Source of the DNA: Bacteroidales bacterium
GTDB taxonomy: Bacteria; Bacteroidota; Bacteroidia; Bacteroidales; UBA3824
Direction of reading: 5' to 3'
Length of the DNA stretch: 64,000 nt
NCBI GenBank assembly: GCA_024413595.1
Contig: JAKSUC010000004.1
Coordinates: forward strand, 10,555 to 74,554
Shown: positions 49,608 through 58,942 of the stretch, piece after piece
Layout of the letters: each line of letters opens with the position of its first letter
How positions within the stretch are numbered: position 1 is the first letter of the stretch
Made by a program: the position numbers and the translations under genes
Notes under the pieces: model-generated
What the model was told of the DNA's origin: nothing
What the model saw: only the letters and a program-made list of their open reading frames with translations
The model's database searches: none

Positions 49608-51506
49608 ATGTCAAACATTAAAAAATTCTTTTCTTTATATTTAACAAACTTTTTTGGAGTTGTTAATGATAATTTTTTAAAAACTTTAGCTGCATTAATT
49701 GCTGTTTCATGGGTAAGTGATGATTCGCATTTTATTATTGTTAATGTTACTGCTGCTGCTTTAGTTTTACCATATTTATTTTTTTCTCCTTTAGCTGGAA
49801 AATTACCTCATTATTTTAATAAAGTTAAAGTCGTTAGAGTTGCTAAATTAGTTGAATTTCCTATCATGATTTTAGCTATTTTAGGATTCTATTTCCAAAA
49901 TATTTATATTACCATTACTTCTGTGTTATTAATGGGACTTCAAAGTGCTTTGTATTCTCCTGCAAAATATAGTTTAATTAAAGATATTGGTGGTGAAAAT
50001 GGCATTTCTGAAGGAATGGGAGGTATGGAAGCTGTTGCTTTTTTAGCTATGCTTATTGGAACCGTTGTTGCTGCTTTTATGAGTGACTATGCTCAACCAT
50101 ATATTTTTTATTTAACTCTTTTAGGGTTAGCTATTTTAGGATATATTTTTAGTTTATTTATTAAATCTAAAAATTATACTATTGATGAGGTTGACTCTTC
50201 TATAAATCCTATTACATTTATTAAAGATTCTTCTAAAATTGTTGCTAAATATTCTGGTTTAAATTCTGTTATACATATTTTATGCCTTTTTTGGTGGCTT
50301 TGCGCTACATTACAGACTCTTTTGTTAACTTATTGTCCTGATATTTTAGGTATGTCAAAATCTAACACTGGGTGTGTACTTGCTATAATGGCTATTGGAG
50401 TATCTTTAGGATGTGTTATTTGTGGAAAACTTGATAAAAAATTCTTTATGCTAGGAAAAGTTTATATTTGGGGTATTATTATCGCCATTCTTCTTCTTTG
50501 CATTTTTATTTTTGATCAAAATCCTATTGGTTTTACAATTTTAGTAACATTAATTTCTTTTTTAGGTGGTTTTTTTAAAATTCCGCTTGATGCTGAAATT
50601 CAAAAACGTGTAGATTCTAAAGAATTAAATGTCATTTTAGCTTATTTTAATCTTATTTCTTTTGTATACATTTTTATTGCCGCTGTTACTAATATTTTGA
50701 TTATTTATTTTTGGGGTCCAAATTATGTATTTCTTATATTAGCAATTGTTTTCGGTTTATTCTCTTTTATTTTTACTTTTAATTACCGTTCTGTTGTTGC
50801 CAATTTCGCTTATTCTAAAATGAAATTGCATTACAAAGTTAATTTTTTTAATAAAGAAATTTTAGAAATATCTCCTGAGCAAAACATTCTTCTTTTACCT
50901 ACACATCGCGCGGTTATTGATCCGCTTTTGCTTTTGGGGTCTTTATACAATTATAATATTCAACCTCTTGTGGACGAACGTTTCTTTAAAATTCCTTTTA
51001 TTAATGGTATTTTAAAACAATTTAAAGCTGTTCAAGTTCCTGATTTAAGAAAAAGTAGGGCAGGGGTTGAACAAGCATTACAATTAGATTCTATTGTTTC
51101 TTCTCAATTAAATAAAGGTGGTAACATTTTATTTTATCCTTCTGGTCATGTTACTACTGATGGTAAAGAAACCATTGGAGCAAGACGTTTAGCTTACGAT
51201 ATTTGTAAAAAACTTCCAAAAAACACTAAAGTTGTTGCTTTAAAAATTGATGGGCTTTGGGGAAGTAAATGGAGTAGATATGGTTTAAATGCTACACCTA
51301 ATATTGTGAATTTACTCCTAAAAAGTATGATTTTAATTTATTCTGGTGCAATATTTTTTAAGAAAAAAAGAAATGTTGATTTCTATTTTTATGACGTTAC
51401 TGACTTAGTTAAACAATGGAGTTTGGAAAATAAAATGGATTTTAACAAAAAATTTGAAGAGTTTTTTTCTTATGGCCCTGATGGTGAAATACCAATTTTA
51501 ACTTAA
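49608..51506 (+). CDS. MFS transporter fused to a PlsC-type acyltransferase domain (LplT/Aas-like fusion)
   Basis: The N-terminal ~400 aa has 12 TM segments and is MFS-like. The C-terminal domain has the HRAVID (HX4D) and FYPSGHVT blocks. Confidence 0.7.
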   Translation: MSNIKKFFSLYLTNFFGVVNDNFLKTLAALIAVSWVSDDSHFIIVNVTAAALVLPYLFFSPLAGKLPHYFNKVKVVRVAKLVEFPIMILAILGFYFQNIYITITSVLLMGLQSALYSPAKYSLIKDIGGENGISEGMGGMEAVAFLAMLIGTVVAAFMSDYAQPYIFYLTLLGLAILGYIFSLFIKSKNYTIDEVDSSINPITFIKDSSKIVAKYSGLNSVIHILCLFWWLCATLQTLLLTYCPDILGMSKSNTGCVLAIMAIGVSLGCVICGKLDKKFFMLGKVYIWGIIIAILLLCIFIFDQNPIGFTILVTLISFLGGFFKIPLDAEIQKRVDSKELNVILAYFNLISFVYIFIAAVTNILIIYFWGPNYVFLILAIVFGLFSFIFTFNYRSVVANFAYSKMKLHYKVNFFNKEILEISPEQNILLLPTHRAVIDPLLLLGSLYNYNIQPLVDERFFKIPFINGILKQFKAVQVPDLRKSRAGVEQALQLDSIVSSQLNKGGNILFYPSGHVTTDGKETIGARRLAYDICKKLPKNTKVVALKIDGLWGSKWSRYGLNATPNIVNLLLKSMILIYSGAIFFKKKRNVDFYFYDVTDLVKQWSLENKMDFNKKFEEFFSYGPDGEIPILT

Positions 51507-51531
51507 TGATTTTTATTATTTTTTTATAATT

Positions 51532-51559
51532 AAAGCGCATAATTTATGCGCTTTTTTTG
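51532..51559 (+). terminator. Rho-independent terminator
   Basis: AAAGCGCAT-AATTT-ATGCGCTTT followed by a T-run. Confidence 0.8.
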
Positions 51560-51710
51560 TAAAAAAAAATACTATTTTAATAATTATACCATTGTAAATT
51601 TTTATTTTTATTTTACTAATTTAATACTTCGTTCTTTTTATACTATATTTTATTATGGAATACTTTTTGTTTTAAATTCACAAATATTGTTTTAATTTAA
51701 TATATCACTA

Positions 51711-52097
51711 ATGAAAATAAAAAATAAAATATTGTTAGTTTTATCTTTCATTTTTTTGCTTTTGATTTGCCTAGCTTTTTCTTTTAATCATAACAATGAT
51801 TATAATCAAATTTCTGAAGCTATAGTCAATGGAAAAATAGATGAATTTTCAGATTTTTTTTCTTCTAATGTAGAAATTGAAATCCTTGATTCTAAATCTC
51901 TTTGTTCAAAAATTCAAGCTAAAACTCTTCTTGAAGAATTTTTTAAACAATATAAACCTACTTCTAAAATTTATGAATCTAATTCCAATTATACTTCTGG
52001 TTATTTCACAACTTTAAAAGGTGATAATTACAAATTTCATTATACATTAAAAAATATTAACCATAAAACGTTAATTACTTATTTCTCTGTTTATTGA
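51711..52097 (+). CDS. Small exported protein, DUF4783-like
   Basis: Signal peptide. The ISEAIVNGKIDEFSDFF...IQAKTLLEEFFKQ pattern matches my recollection of DUF4783. Confidence 0.5.
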   Translation: MKIKNKILLVLSFIFLLLICLAFSFNHNNDYNQISEAIVNGKIDEFSDFFSSNVEIEILDSKSLCSKIQAKTLLEEFFKQYKPTSKIYESNSNYTSGYFTTLKGDNYKFHYTLKNINHKTLITYFSVY

Positions 52098-52120
52098 AAG
52101 TAATTTTTCATGCTATATTA

Positions 52121-52152
52121 AGTCCGATTAGCCTTGGCTGTCGGGCTTTTTT
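52121..52152 (+). terminator. Imperfect terminator hairpin
   Basis: AGTCCGA...TCGGGCT (one mismatch) followed by T6. Confidence 0.45.
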
Positions 52153-52204
52153 AGTTTTTTTTATTTTATAATATTTAATGATATATTTGCAAAAAATTTT
52201 TGTT

Positions 52205-53044
52205 ATGGAAAAACTTATTGATGATTTAATTAAAATAGCTATTGCTGAAGATTTAGGCGATGGTGATCATACTTCTCTTTCAACAATTCCTGCTGATGAA
52301 CAAGGTGCTGCTAAACTTATTATTAAACAAGATGGTATTTTAGCAGGTATTAATGTTGCTTTAAAAATTTTCAATACAATTGACCCTAATTTAAAAGTTG
52401 ATTTAAAACTTCAAAATGGTGCTGTTGTAAAAAAAGGTGACATTGCTTTTACTGTTTCGGGTAGTGTTATTTCTATTCTCCAAGCAGAAAGATTGGTCCT
52501 TAATTTTATGCAACGTTTAAGTGGGGTTGCTACTCAAACACACATCTATGCTGAAAAAATTGCAGATCTTCACACTAAAGTGCTTGATACTCGAAAAACT
52601 ACTCCTGGTATGCGTTTACTTGAAAAAGAAGCTGTTAAAATTGGTGGTGGTAAAAATCACAGAATTGGTCTTTTTGATATGATTTTAATCAAAGACAATC
52701 ATGTTGATTTTGCTGGTGGTATCAAAAATGCTATTTTGGCTGCTCAAAATTATTGTAAAGCTAATGGTAAAAATATTCCTATCGAAATTGAAACTCGTAA
52801 TCTTGACGAAATTTCTCAAGTTTTAGAAATCGGTGGTGTTCAACGTATTATGCTTGATAATTTTGATATTCCTACTACTAAAAAAGCTGTTGAACTTATT
52901 AATGGTAAATTTGAAACAGAATCGTCTGGTGGAATTACTCTTGATAACCTTCGTGATTATGCTTTAACTGGTGTTGATTTTATTTCTGTTGGTGCTTTAA
53001 CTCACCAAATTAAGAGTCTTGATATGAGTTTGAAAGCTATTTAA
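52205..53044 (+). CDS. nadC: Nicotinate-nucleotide diphosphorylase (carboxylating), quinolinate phosphoribosyltransferase
   Basis: Start trimmed to ATG 52205 (MEKLIDD...). LDTRKTTPGMRLLEKEAVKIGGGKNHRIGLFDMILIKDNH is the hallmark motif. Confidence 0.93.
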   Translation: MEKLIDDLIKIAIAEDLGDGDHTSLSTIPADEQGAAKLIIKQDGILAGINVALKIFNTIDPNLKVDLKLQNGAVVKKGDIAFTVSGSVISILQAERLVLNFMQRLSGVATQTHIYAEKIADLHTKVLDTRKTTPGMRLLEKEAVKIGGGKNHRIGLFDMILIKDNHVDFAGGIKNAILAAQNYCKANGKNIPIEIETRNLDEISQVLEIGGVQRIMLDNFDIPTTKKAVELINGKFETESSGGITLDNLRDYALTGVDFISVGALTHQIKSLDMSLKAI

Positions 53045-53064
53045 TTGCTTTATTTACTATATTT

Positions 53065-53097
53065 AACGGATAAGTTTTTCTTATCCGTTTTTTTTTA
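53065..53097 (+). terminator. Rho-independent terminator after nadC
   Basis: AACGGATAAG-TTTTT-CTTATCCGTT perfect 10-bp stem plus T9. Confidence 0.85.
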
Positions 53098-53338
53098 TAT
53101 AAAAAATAAGGAGAAAACAATCACTGCTTTCTCCCCTTAGCTAATTATTAACCTAAACCTTTATATTATGAAAAAAACATACTTTATTATATTCTCTTAA
53201 ACTTTATTTTTGATACTGCAAATTTATATCTGATTTAATCATTTACCAAATTTTATTTGTGAAATTTTGTTAATTATTTCTTTTTTTATTTTTTGTTTTT
53301 TTTTAGTAATTTTGCAGTTAATCAATTTTTTTAAACAA

Positions 53339-54154
53339 ATGTCTGAATCTATTCAAATTAAGAAAGTTACAACTCAAACTTTTCAAAGCATGAAACAAAA
53401 TGGCGAAAAAATTGCCATGATTACTTGTTACGATTATTCTACTGCTAAAATTATCGATCAAGCAGGTATCGATGCTATTTTAGTTGGTGACTCTGCTGCA
53501 AATGTAATGATGGGGTATGATACTACTCTTCCTATTACTGTTGAGCAAATTATTTGTTACGCTTCTAGCGTGGTTCGTGGCGTATCTCGTGCTTTTGTTG
53601 TGGTTGATATGCCTTTTGGTTCTTATCAAGGAGATCCTCATTTAGCAGTTAAAAATGCTGTTAAAATTATGAAAGAAACAGGTTGCCAAGCTGTTAAAAT
53701 CGAAGGTGGACAAGAAATTGAAGAATCTTTTAAAGCTATTCTTTCGGCTGGAATTCCTATCATGGGGCATTTAGGTCTTACTCCTCAAAGTGTTAATAAG
53801 TTTGGTGGATATGGTTTACGTGCTAAACAAGATGCTGAAGCTGAAATTTTGTTAAAAAATGCTCAATTGCTACAAAGTTATGGTTGTTTTAGTCTTGTTT
53901 TAGAAAAAATTCCTACTCTTTTAGCTAAACAAGTTACTGAATCTCTAGATATTCCTACTATTGGCATTGGCGCTGGTAATGTTTGTGATGGTCAAGTGCT
54001 TGTTTATCAAGATATGATTGGTATTAATGATGGTTTTAAACCTAAATTTTTACGTAAATATGCCGATTTATCTAATATTATTAAAGGCGCTGTTTCTAAT
54101 TATGTTGCTGATGTAAAATCTTGTGATTTTCCTAATCAAAACGAATCTTATTAA
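53339..54154 (+). CDS. panB: 3-methyl-2-oxobutanoate hydroxymethyltransferase
   Basis: Start trimmed to ATG 53339 (MSESIQIKK...). [38 protein letters not shown] and VKIEGG motifs. Confidence 0.93.
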   Translation: MSESIQIKKVTTQTFQSMKQNGEKIAMITCYDYSTAKIIDQAGIDAILVGDSAANVMMGYDTTLPITVEQIICYASSVVRGVSRAFVVVDMPFGSYQGDPHLAVKNAVKIMKETGCQAVKIEGGQEIEESFKAILSAGIPIMGHLGLTPQSVNKFGGYGLRAKQDAEAEILLKNAQLLQSYGCFSLVLEKIPTLLAKQVTESLDIPTIGIGAGNVCDGQVLVYQDMIGINDGFKPKFLRKYADLSNIIKGAVSNYVADVKSCDFPNQNESY

Positions 54155-54155
54155 C

Positions 54156-55013
54156 ATGAAAAATATTATCACTTTTGTTCTATTTTTTCTTTTTTTAACA
54201 TCTTGTAGTTCAGAAATTAACTCTAATTTTTCTGTTTTACCATCTGGTGTTCAATATCGATATGTTCAAATTGGTAGCGATACTATTACGGCTAATTCGG
54301 GCGACGCTTGGGTTTTAGATGTAAAATATTTTGATTCTTTAGACTCTCTTATGTTTGATAGTCAAGAAGTTACTGATAAATTTACTATGGAATGTCGTCC
54401 TGACACTTTAACTGGATGTATTGAAGAAGGATTAAAAATGATGCACAAAGGTGATAGTATGATTTTTCGTGTTGATGCTATCAAATTTTATAATTTATCT
54501 CGAGGAATTGATGTTCCAAATTATATAAAAAAAGGTGATAGTATCACTTTTTATGTTAGATGCAAAGATATTATACCTCAGCAAACTCTTGAAAAACAGT
54601 TTGGTGAATATATTCAAAAAATGATGGCTAACGAACAAATGGTTATTCATGATTATATTGATCGTGAACAAATTTCTTCGCTTCCTTCGCCAACTGGTTT
54701 ATATAAAGTGGTTTTACAACGTGGTACTGGTAATTCTACTGCTAAAGATAAATTTGTTACTGTACATTATATCGGTACTTTTGTTGAAGGTACCGAATTT
54801 GACAATAGTTATAAACGTAATAAACCTTTATCTTTTCAGCTTGGGCAAGATTATGTTATTCCTGGTTGGGAAGAGGCTATTGCTTCGATGAAAAAAGGTG
54901 AAATTTCTCGTTTTGTAATTCCTTCTAATTTGGCTTATGGTCCTGAAGGTACTAAAGGTATTCCGCCTTTTTCTACTTTAATTTTTGATATTGAACTTAT
55001 TGATTTTAAATAA
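54156..55013 (+). CDS. FKBP-type peptidyl-prolyl cis-trans isomerase lipoprotein
   Basis: Start trimmed to ATG 54156 (MKNIITFVLFFLFLTSC). C-terminal VTVHYIGTFVEGTEFDNS...VIPGWEEAIASMKKGE...IPPFSTLIFDIELIDF. Confidence 0.9.
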   Translation: MKNIITFVLFFLFLTSCSSEINSNFSVLPSGVQYRYVQIGSDTITANSGDAWVLDVKYFDSLDSLMFDSQEVTDKFTMECRPDTLTGCIEEGLKMMHKGDSMIFRVDAIKFYNLSRGIDVPNYIKKGDSITFYVRCKDIIPQQTLEKQFGEYIQKMMANEQMVIHDYIDREQISSLPSPTGLYKVVLQRGTGNSTAKDKFVTVHYIGTFVEGTEFDNSYKRNKPLSFQLGQDYVIPGWEEAIASMKKGEISRFVIPSNLAYGPEGTKGIPPFSTLIFDIELIDFK

Positions 55014-55016
55014 AAT

Positions 55017-55502
55017 ATGAAAAAAATTGTTCTTTATTCTTTAGTTATTTCTATTTTTTTATGTTTTGCTTGTAGTAAAATGGATGAATATGAAGATGCT
55101 CAAGACAAAGCTTTCGAAAATTTAAGGAAATCTTTATTAACTGATTCTAAGTATTTAAAAGATAGCAACAATAATCTCATAGATTGTTATGATGATGATG
55201 GTATTCTTTTGGCACTTCAAAATGTAAAAAAAGATACTATTCATTATGCTGATACTGATACTGTAACTATTATTTACACTGGTGTTTCTATGAGAAATAA
55301 TAAAACTTTTTCTACTAATGATACCATTCAATTTATTTATGGAAATAATTCTTTAATAGAAGGTTGGAAAATTGCTCTTCCTCATATCAGAAAATTTTCT
55401 ACTGGAGTTTTGCTTATTTCTTACGATAAAGCTTATGGTAAACATCGTGCTGGTCTTATTGAACCTTATCAACCTTTAAAATACACATTTTCAACTAAAT
55501 AA
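55017..55502 (+). CDS. FKBP-like lipoprotein (divergent PPIase domain)
   Basis: Lipobox LCFACS. VTIIYTGVSMRNNKTFSTND...LIEGWKIALPHIRKFSTGVLLISYDKAYG resembles an FKBP fold. Confidence 0.6.
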   Translation: MKKIVLYSLVISIFLCFACSKMDEYEDAQDKAFENLRKSLLTDSKYLKDSNNNLIDCYDDDGILLALQNVKKDTIHYADTDTVTIIYTGVSMRNNKTFSTNDTIQFIYGNNSLIEGWKIALPHIRKFSTGVLLISYDKAYGKHRAGLIEPYQPLKYTFSTK

Positions 55503-55504
55503 AT

Positions 55505-56485
55505 GTGAATATTAATTTAGATATTGATGTAGATAAACTTTGGCCAACTATTTCGTTGGTGCGTCTTAACAATATGGTGGCTGGTGCAATTGATTTTAAA
55601 TTGCGCTTAACTGATTGGTTAAGAATGGGTTTTATTAATATTTCTGAAAATATTGATAATTTTATTGGTCCTGCTATTGAACGTTTGGTAGATGCACAAC
55701 TTGTTGGTTTTGTGAATATTTTATCTGAAATTGTTGATTATGATTTTTCGGATGATGTTTATAAATATTTATTAACTAACAAATTTGTTTATCTTTATAC
55801 TCTTTGTGATTCTTTAATCAATATCAAAAATCTCTCGCCTGAATGGCAAACTGAAATTTTGGTTATTGCGGGTGTTAATGTTTCAAAAGCTGACATTTTA
55901 AAATTTCAACCTGTCAATGATTTATGGATGGTTTTGGCTGTTGAAAATAATAAAATTAAATTCAATAATATTTCTAAAAAAACTGTTTGGCTTGTTGGGT
56001 GTACTTCAAAAAAAATTGCTTGCAATATTCAATTTTATAAAAGTGATTTTCATGATGAATTTAATTTAAATTCAGGTACTTATATCACTTCTGATTTTTA
56101 TTTTTATCGTGGTATTCATTCTATGAGAGTTTTAGCTCCTAAATGGAATTTTTCAAATAGTTCTTTTGCTCCAAATGCTTTTAATGGAATTAATATTGCT
56201 TTAAAAATTTTCAGAAAAATTGTTTCGGAAAATCCTTTCATTTCTCAAATTCCTTTAATTGTTTCAGGTTTGATATTTGGACTTAGAAATAATAAATATT
56301 GCGTTTCTGATGTTGATAATAATGTAATGCCTTTACAAATTACAGAAAATGAAGTGATTAATCTGTTGTGTTTTACAGCTGGTAAACCTTTTTCTGCTTT
56401 TGTTTTTATTAATGAATATTTTTGGAAAATTTTATCTATTTGGTCTGACTCAGGTTTTTATTCGTTAAATTATGAAATGTCTTGA
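55505..56485 (+). CDS. Hypothetical protein (possible relative of the C-terminal half of the SWIM-domain proteins that partner DUF5691; no SWIM CxC...CxH motif)
   Basis: 326 aa with no signal peptide. GTG start 2 nt after the upstream stop; the first in-frame ATG is at codon 24. Overlaps the next gene by 14 nt. Confidence 0.45.
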   Translation: MNINLDIDVDKLWPTISLVRLNNMVAGAIDFKLRLTDWLRMGFINISENIDNFIGPAIERLVDAQLVGFVNILSEIVDYDFSDDVYKYLLTNKFVYLYTLCDSLINIKNLSPEWQTEILVIAGVNVSKADILKFQPVNDLWMVLAVENNKIKFNNISKKTVWLVGCTSKKIACNIQFYKSDFHDEFNLNSGTYITSDFYFYRGIHSMRVLAPKWNFSNSSFAPNAFNGINIALKIFRKIVSENPFISQIPLIVSGLIFGLRNNKYCVSDVDNNVMPLQITENEVINLLCFTAGKPFSAFVFINEYFWKILSIWSDSGFYSLNYEMS

Positions 56486-57950
56486 TAATTTGATTAATTC
56501 TGCTTTACTTGGAACTTCAAATAAGTCTCCTGATTTTAGTCTTTGGCCAAAGATTGTATTTGATTTTGCGGAAACTATTTATAATTCTGATAATTGCTGC
56601 GTGGAAGATGCTTTTTATAAAACTTCAGCTATTGCGTTATCTTATTATCGGTCAGGATTTTTAGCTAAAAAGGTTGACGATTTTGTTCCTTTTAATAATC
56701 CTGAACCTGAAACTAAAAAATATATGTCAAATAGTTTAGCTAATAATTTTTTGTTGTCTATAAAAAATGGTGAAAATATTATTTTTAATTATGTTTCTAT
56801 GGTTTTGAAACATAGAGAATTAATTATTCCTCCTTTTTTTATTCCATACTTTTTAAAATTTTTTTTATCTAATAAATCAATTGCAACATTTCAATATCGT
56901 TCTCAAATTTGGCCTTTGTTAGGAAATCGTGGTAAATGGTTGGCTGACTCTATTAATTTAACTGATATTCAATGGGCTACTGCTAAACATTCTCAACGTT
57001 TAGCTATTTTTAAATCTTTAAGGTTGATTAATAATATTTTTTCGATTAAATATCTTCAACGAGATTGGAATTTTGAAACTACTGAACATAAAAATGATTT
57101 TTTAAATTCAATTTCTATTGTTTTTGATAATGATTTGCTTGTTTTAGAAAATTTTTATGTTAATGAAAAATCTAAATCTGTAAAAAATACACTTGCAAAA
57201 CTTTTATCTTTTCGTGAAGATTCTTCTATAACACAATATTATAATCAAGTTTTAAATTCTATAATTTCTTTTTCTAAAACAATAGGTTTTTGTATAGAAA
57301 ATTATAGTGAAAATGATAAATTTTCTGATTATTTAAAATCAATTAATATTCAAGATATTAGAATATTATATCCTAAAATTTTTATTCAAGATGATAAACA
57401 ATTTGCTATTTTTCATCTTTGTAATATAGTTTCTCTTGATTTTTGGGAAAGTTATGTTGATGGTAATATTGAATTAGCTATTAAATTTATTGAAAAATCT
57501 AAGTTTTTTTCTTTCAAAATAGATTTAATTTCAATTATTAAAAAATTTAGAAATTCTGAGTGGGCTTTCTATTATTGTAAAATCAAACATACTATAATTC
57601 CTTCTTTTGTTGATTTTATTGATATTCAAAATCTTGAAATTTTATCTTCGGTAGCTAATTTTAATAATATTACTATAATCGATGATATTTTTAAAAATTC
57701 TCTAAATATCAATAATTTACAACGTTGGGATATAAATTTTTCTACAAAAGTTTTATATCATGCTCTTTATAATAAATGTGTAACACCCAACAATGAAAAT
57801 GCTCAATATTTGTCTATAAAATTATCATCTGATACACTTTATTATATACAAGATTTTTGTGACAATTTTATGGGAAATAGTCCAATCACAAATTTTGCTA
57901 TTTTAATAAAAAGATATTTAAATCTATCTTTGTCTTTTTGGAAAAATTAA
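56472..57950 (+). CDS. Hypothetical protein, DUF5691-like
   Basis: 492 aa. N-terminal LINSALLGTSNKSP and mid-protein LLGNRGKWLADS...IQWA match my recollection of DUF5691 (AALLGTERRP; LGxRGxWLA). Confidence 0.5.
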   Translation: MKCLDNLINSALLGTSNKSPDFSLWPKIVFDFAETIYNSDNCCVEDAFYKTSAIALSYYRSGFLAKKVDDFVPFNNPEPETKKYMSNSLANNFLLSIKNGENIIFNYVSMVLKHRELIIPPFFIPYFLKFFLSNKSIATFQYRSQIWPLLGNRGKWLADSINLTDIQWATAKHSQRLAIFKSLRLINNIFSIKYLQRDWNFETTEHKNDFLNSISIVFDNDLLVLENFYVNEKSKSVKNTLAKLLSFREDSSITQYYNQVLNSIISFSKTIGFCIENYSENDKFSDYLKSINIQDIRILYPKIFIQDDKQFAIFHLCNIVSLDFWESYVDGNIELAIKFIEKSKFFSFKIDLISIIKKFRNSEWAFYYCKIKHTIIPSFVDFIDIQNLEILSSVANFNNITIIDDIFKNSLNINNLQRWDINFSTKVLYHALYNKCVTPNNENAQYLSIKLSSDTLYYIQDFCDNFMGNSPITNFAILIKRYLNLSLSFWKN

Positions 57951-58922
57951 TTATAATTTAAAACCTTCTTTTTCAAATTTTTCTTTATCATCTTCTATTT
58001 CACAACTTATTTCGGTTGAAAGCATATGTCCAACCATTGAAGAATTTATTCCTGCTCTAAGTGCTTCGTTTTCAATAATTTTAATTAATGATCTTCCACC
58101 GCTTAATCTAATATCAGCTGTTGGATTTATAAATCGGTATATTGCAATTGTTGTTAATATTTCTTCACTTGCAAGTTTGGGTTGATTTTCTAGAGGTATT
58201 CCTATTTGTGGTGTTAATATTCCAATTGGAATTGATTTTACTCCTAAATCTCTGATTATTATGGCTAAATCAATTCTATCTTTCATATTTTCGCCCATTC
58301 CTATAATTAATCCACAACACAACTCAAATCCTAATTCTTTGGCAAGTTTTAGGGTTGCTATTTTTGCTTCAAATGTATCTGTTGTGCAGAGTTTTGGATA
58401 TATATTTGGCGAGGTTTCTAGATTACATTGTAGTCTTGTTACTTTGGTTTCTTTTTTTAATTTTAATAATTGTTCTCTTGTTAAATGACCTAATGCTCCA
58501 CAAAATTTTGGATTACATTTTTCTTGAATTGCTTTATAAATATCTATTACTTTATCTAACTTATTATCAGTAAATGCTTTACTTGTTGATGATAGAGATA
58601 TTCGTTTTACTCCTCTTGATGTGTAATTTAGGGCTATTTCAATTGCTTTATCTTTATTAATTATATCGTATTCTTTTATAGGTGTTTTTGATTTTGTACC
58701 ATGTGTACACCATAAACAATCTTCTGTGCATTTTGTAGACTCTACTTTTATTAGAGAGCACATTTCAAATTTTTTGCCATTAAATTTTGCTCTAATTTGA
58801 TTTGCACTATAATATAAAGCTTCTATATTGTCTGTTTTTGACAATGCAAATGCTTCTTCGGCTGTAATTTTGTAGCCTTGAAATATTTTTTCTTTTAGTT
58901 CTTTTATTTGAGCAAAGTTCAT
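57951..58922 (-). CDS. Radical SAM protein of the BioB/HydE-like family (biotin-synthase-like, function uncertain)
   Basis: CTEDCLWC is the CX3CX2C motif. LQCNLETSP, ELCCGLIIGMGE and IRLSGGR parallel E. coli BioB YNHNLDTSP, KVCSGGIVGLGE and VRLSAGR. However, RISLSSTS replaces BioB RFCMGAAW. Confidence 0.65.
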   Translation of the reverse strand: MNFAQIKELKEKIFQGYKITAEEAFALSKTDNIEALYYSANQIRAKFNGKKFEMCSLIKVESTKCTEDCLWCTHGTKSKTPIKEYDIINKDKAIEIALNYTSRGVKRISLSSTSKAFTDNKLDKVIDIYKAIQEKCNPKFCGALGHLTREQLLKLKKETKVTRLQCNLETSPNIYPKLCTTDTFEAKIATLKLAKELGFELCCGLIIGMGENMKDRIDLAIIIRDLGVKSIPIGILTPQIGIPLENQPKLASEEILTTIAIYRFINPTADIRLSGGRSLIKIIENEALRAGINSSMVGHMLSTEISCEIEDDKEKFEKEGFKL

Positions 58923-58942
58923 TTCTTAATTTTTTTTAGTTG

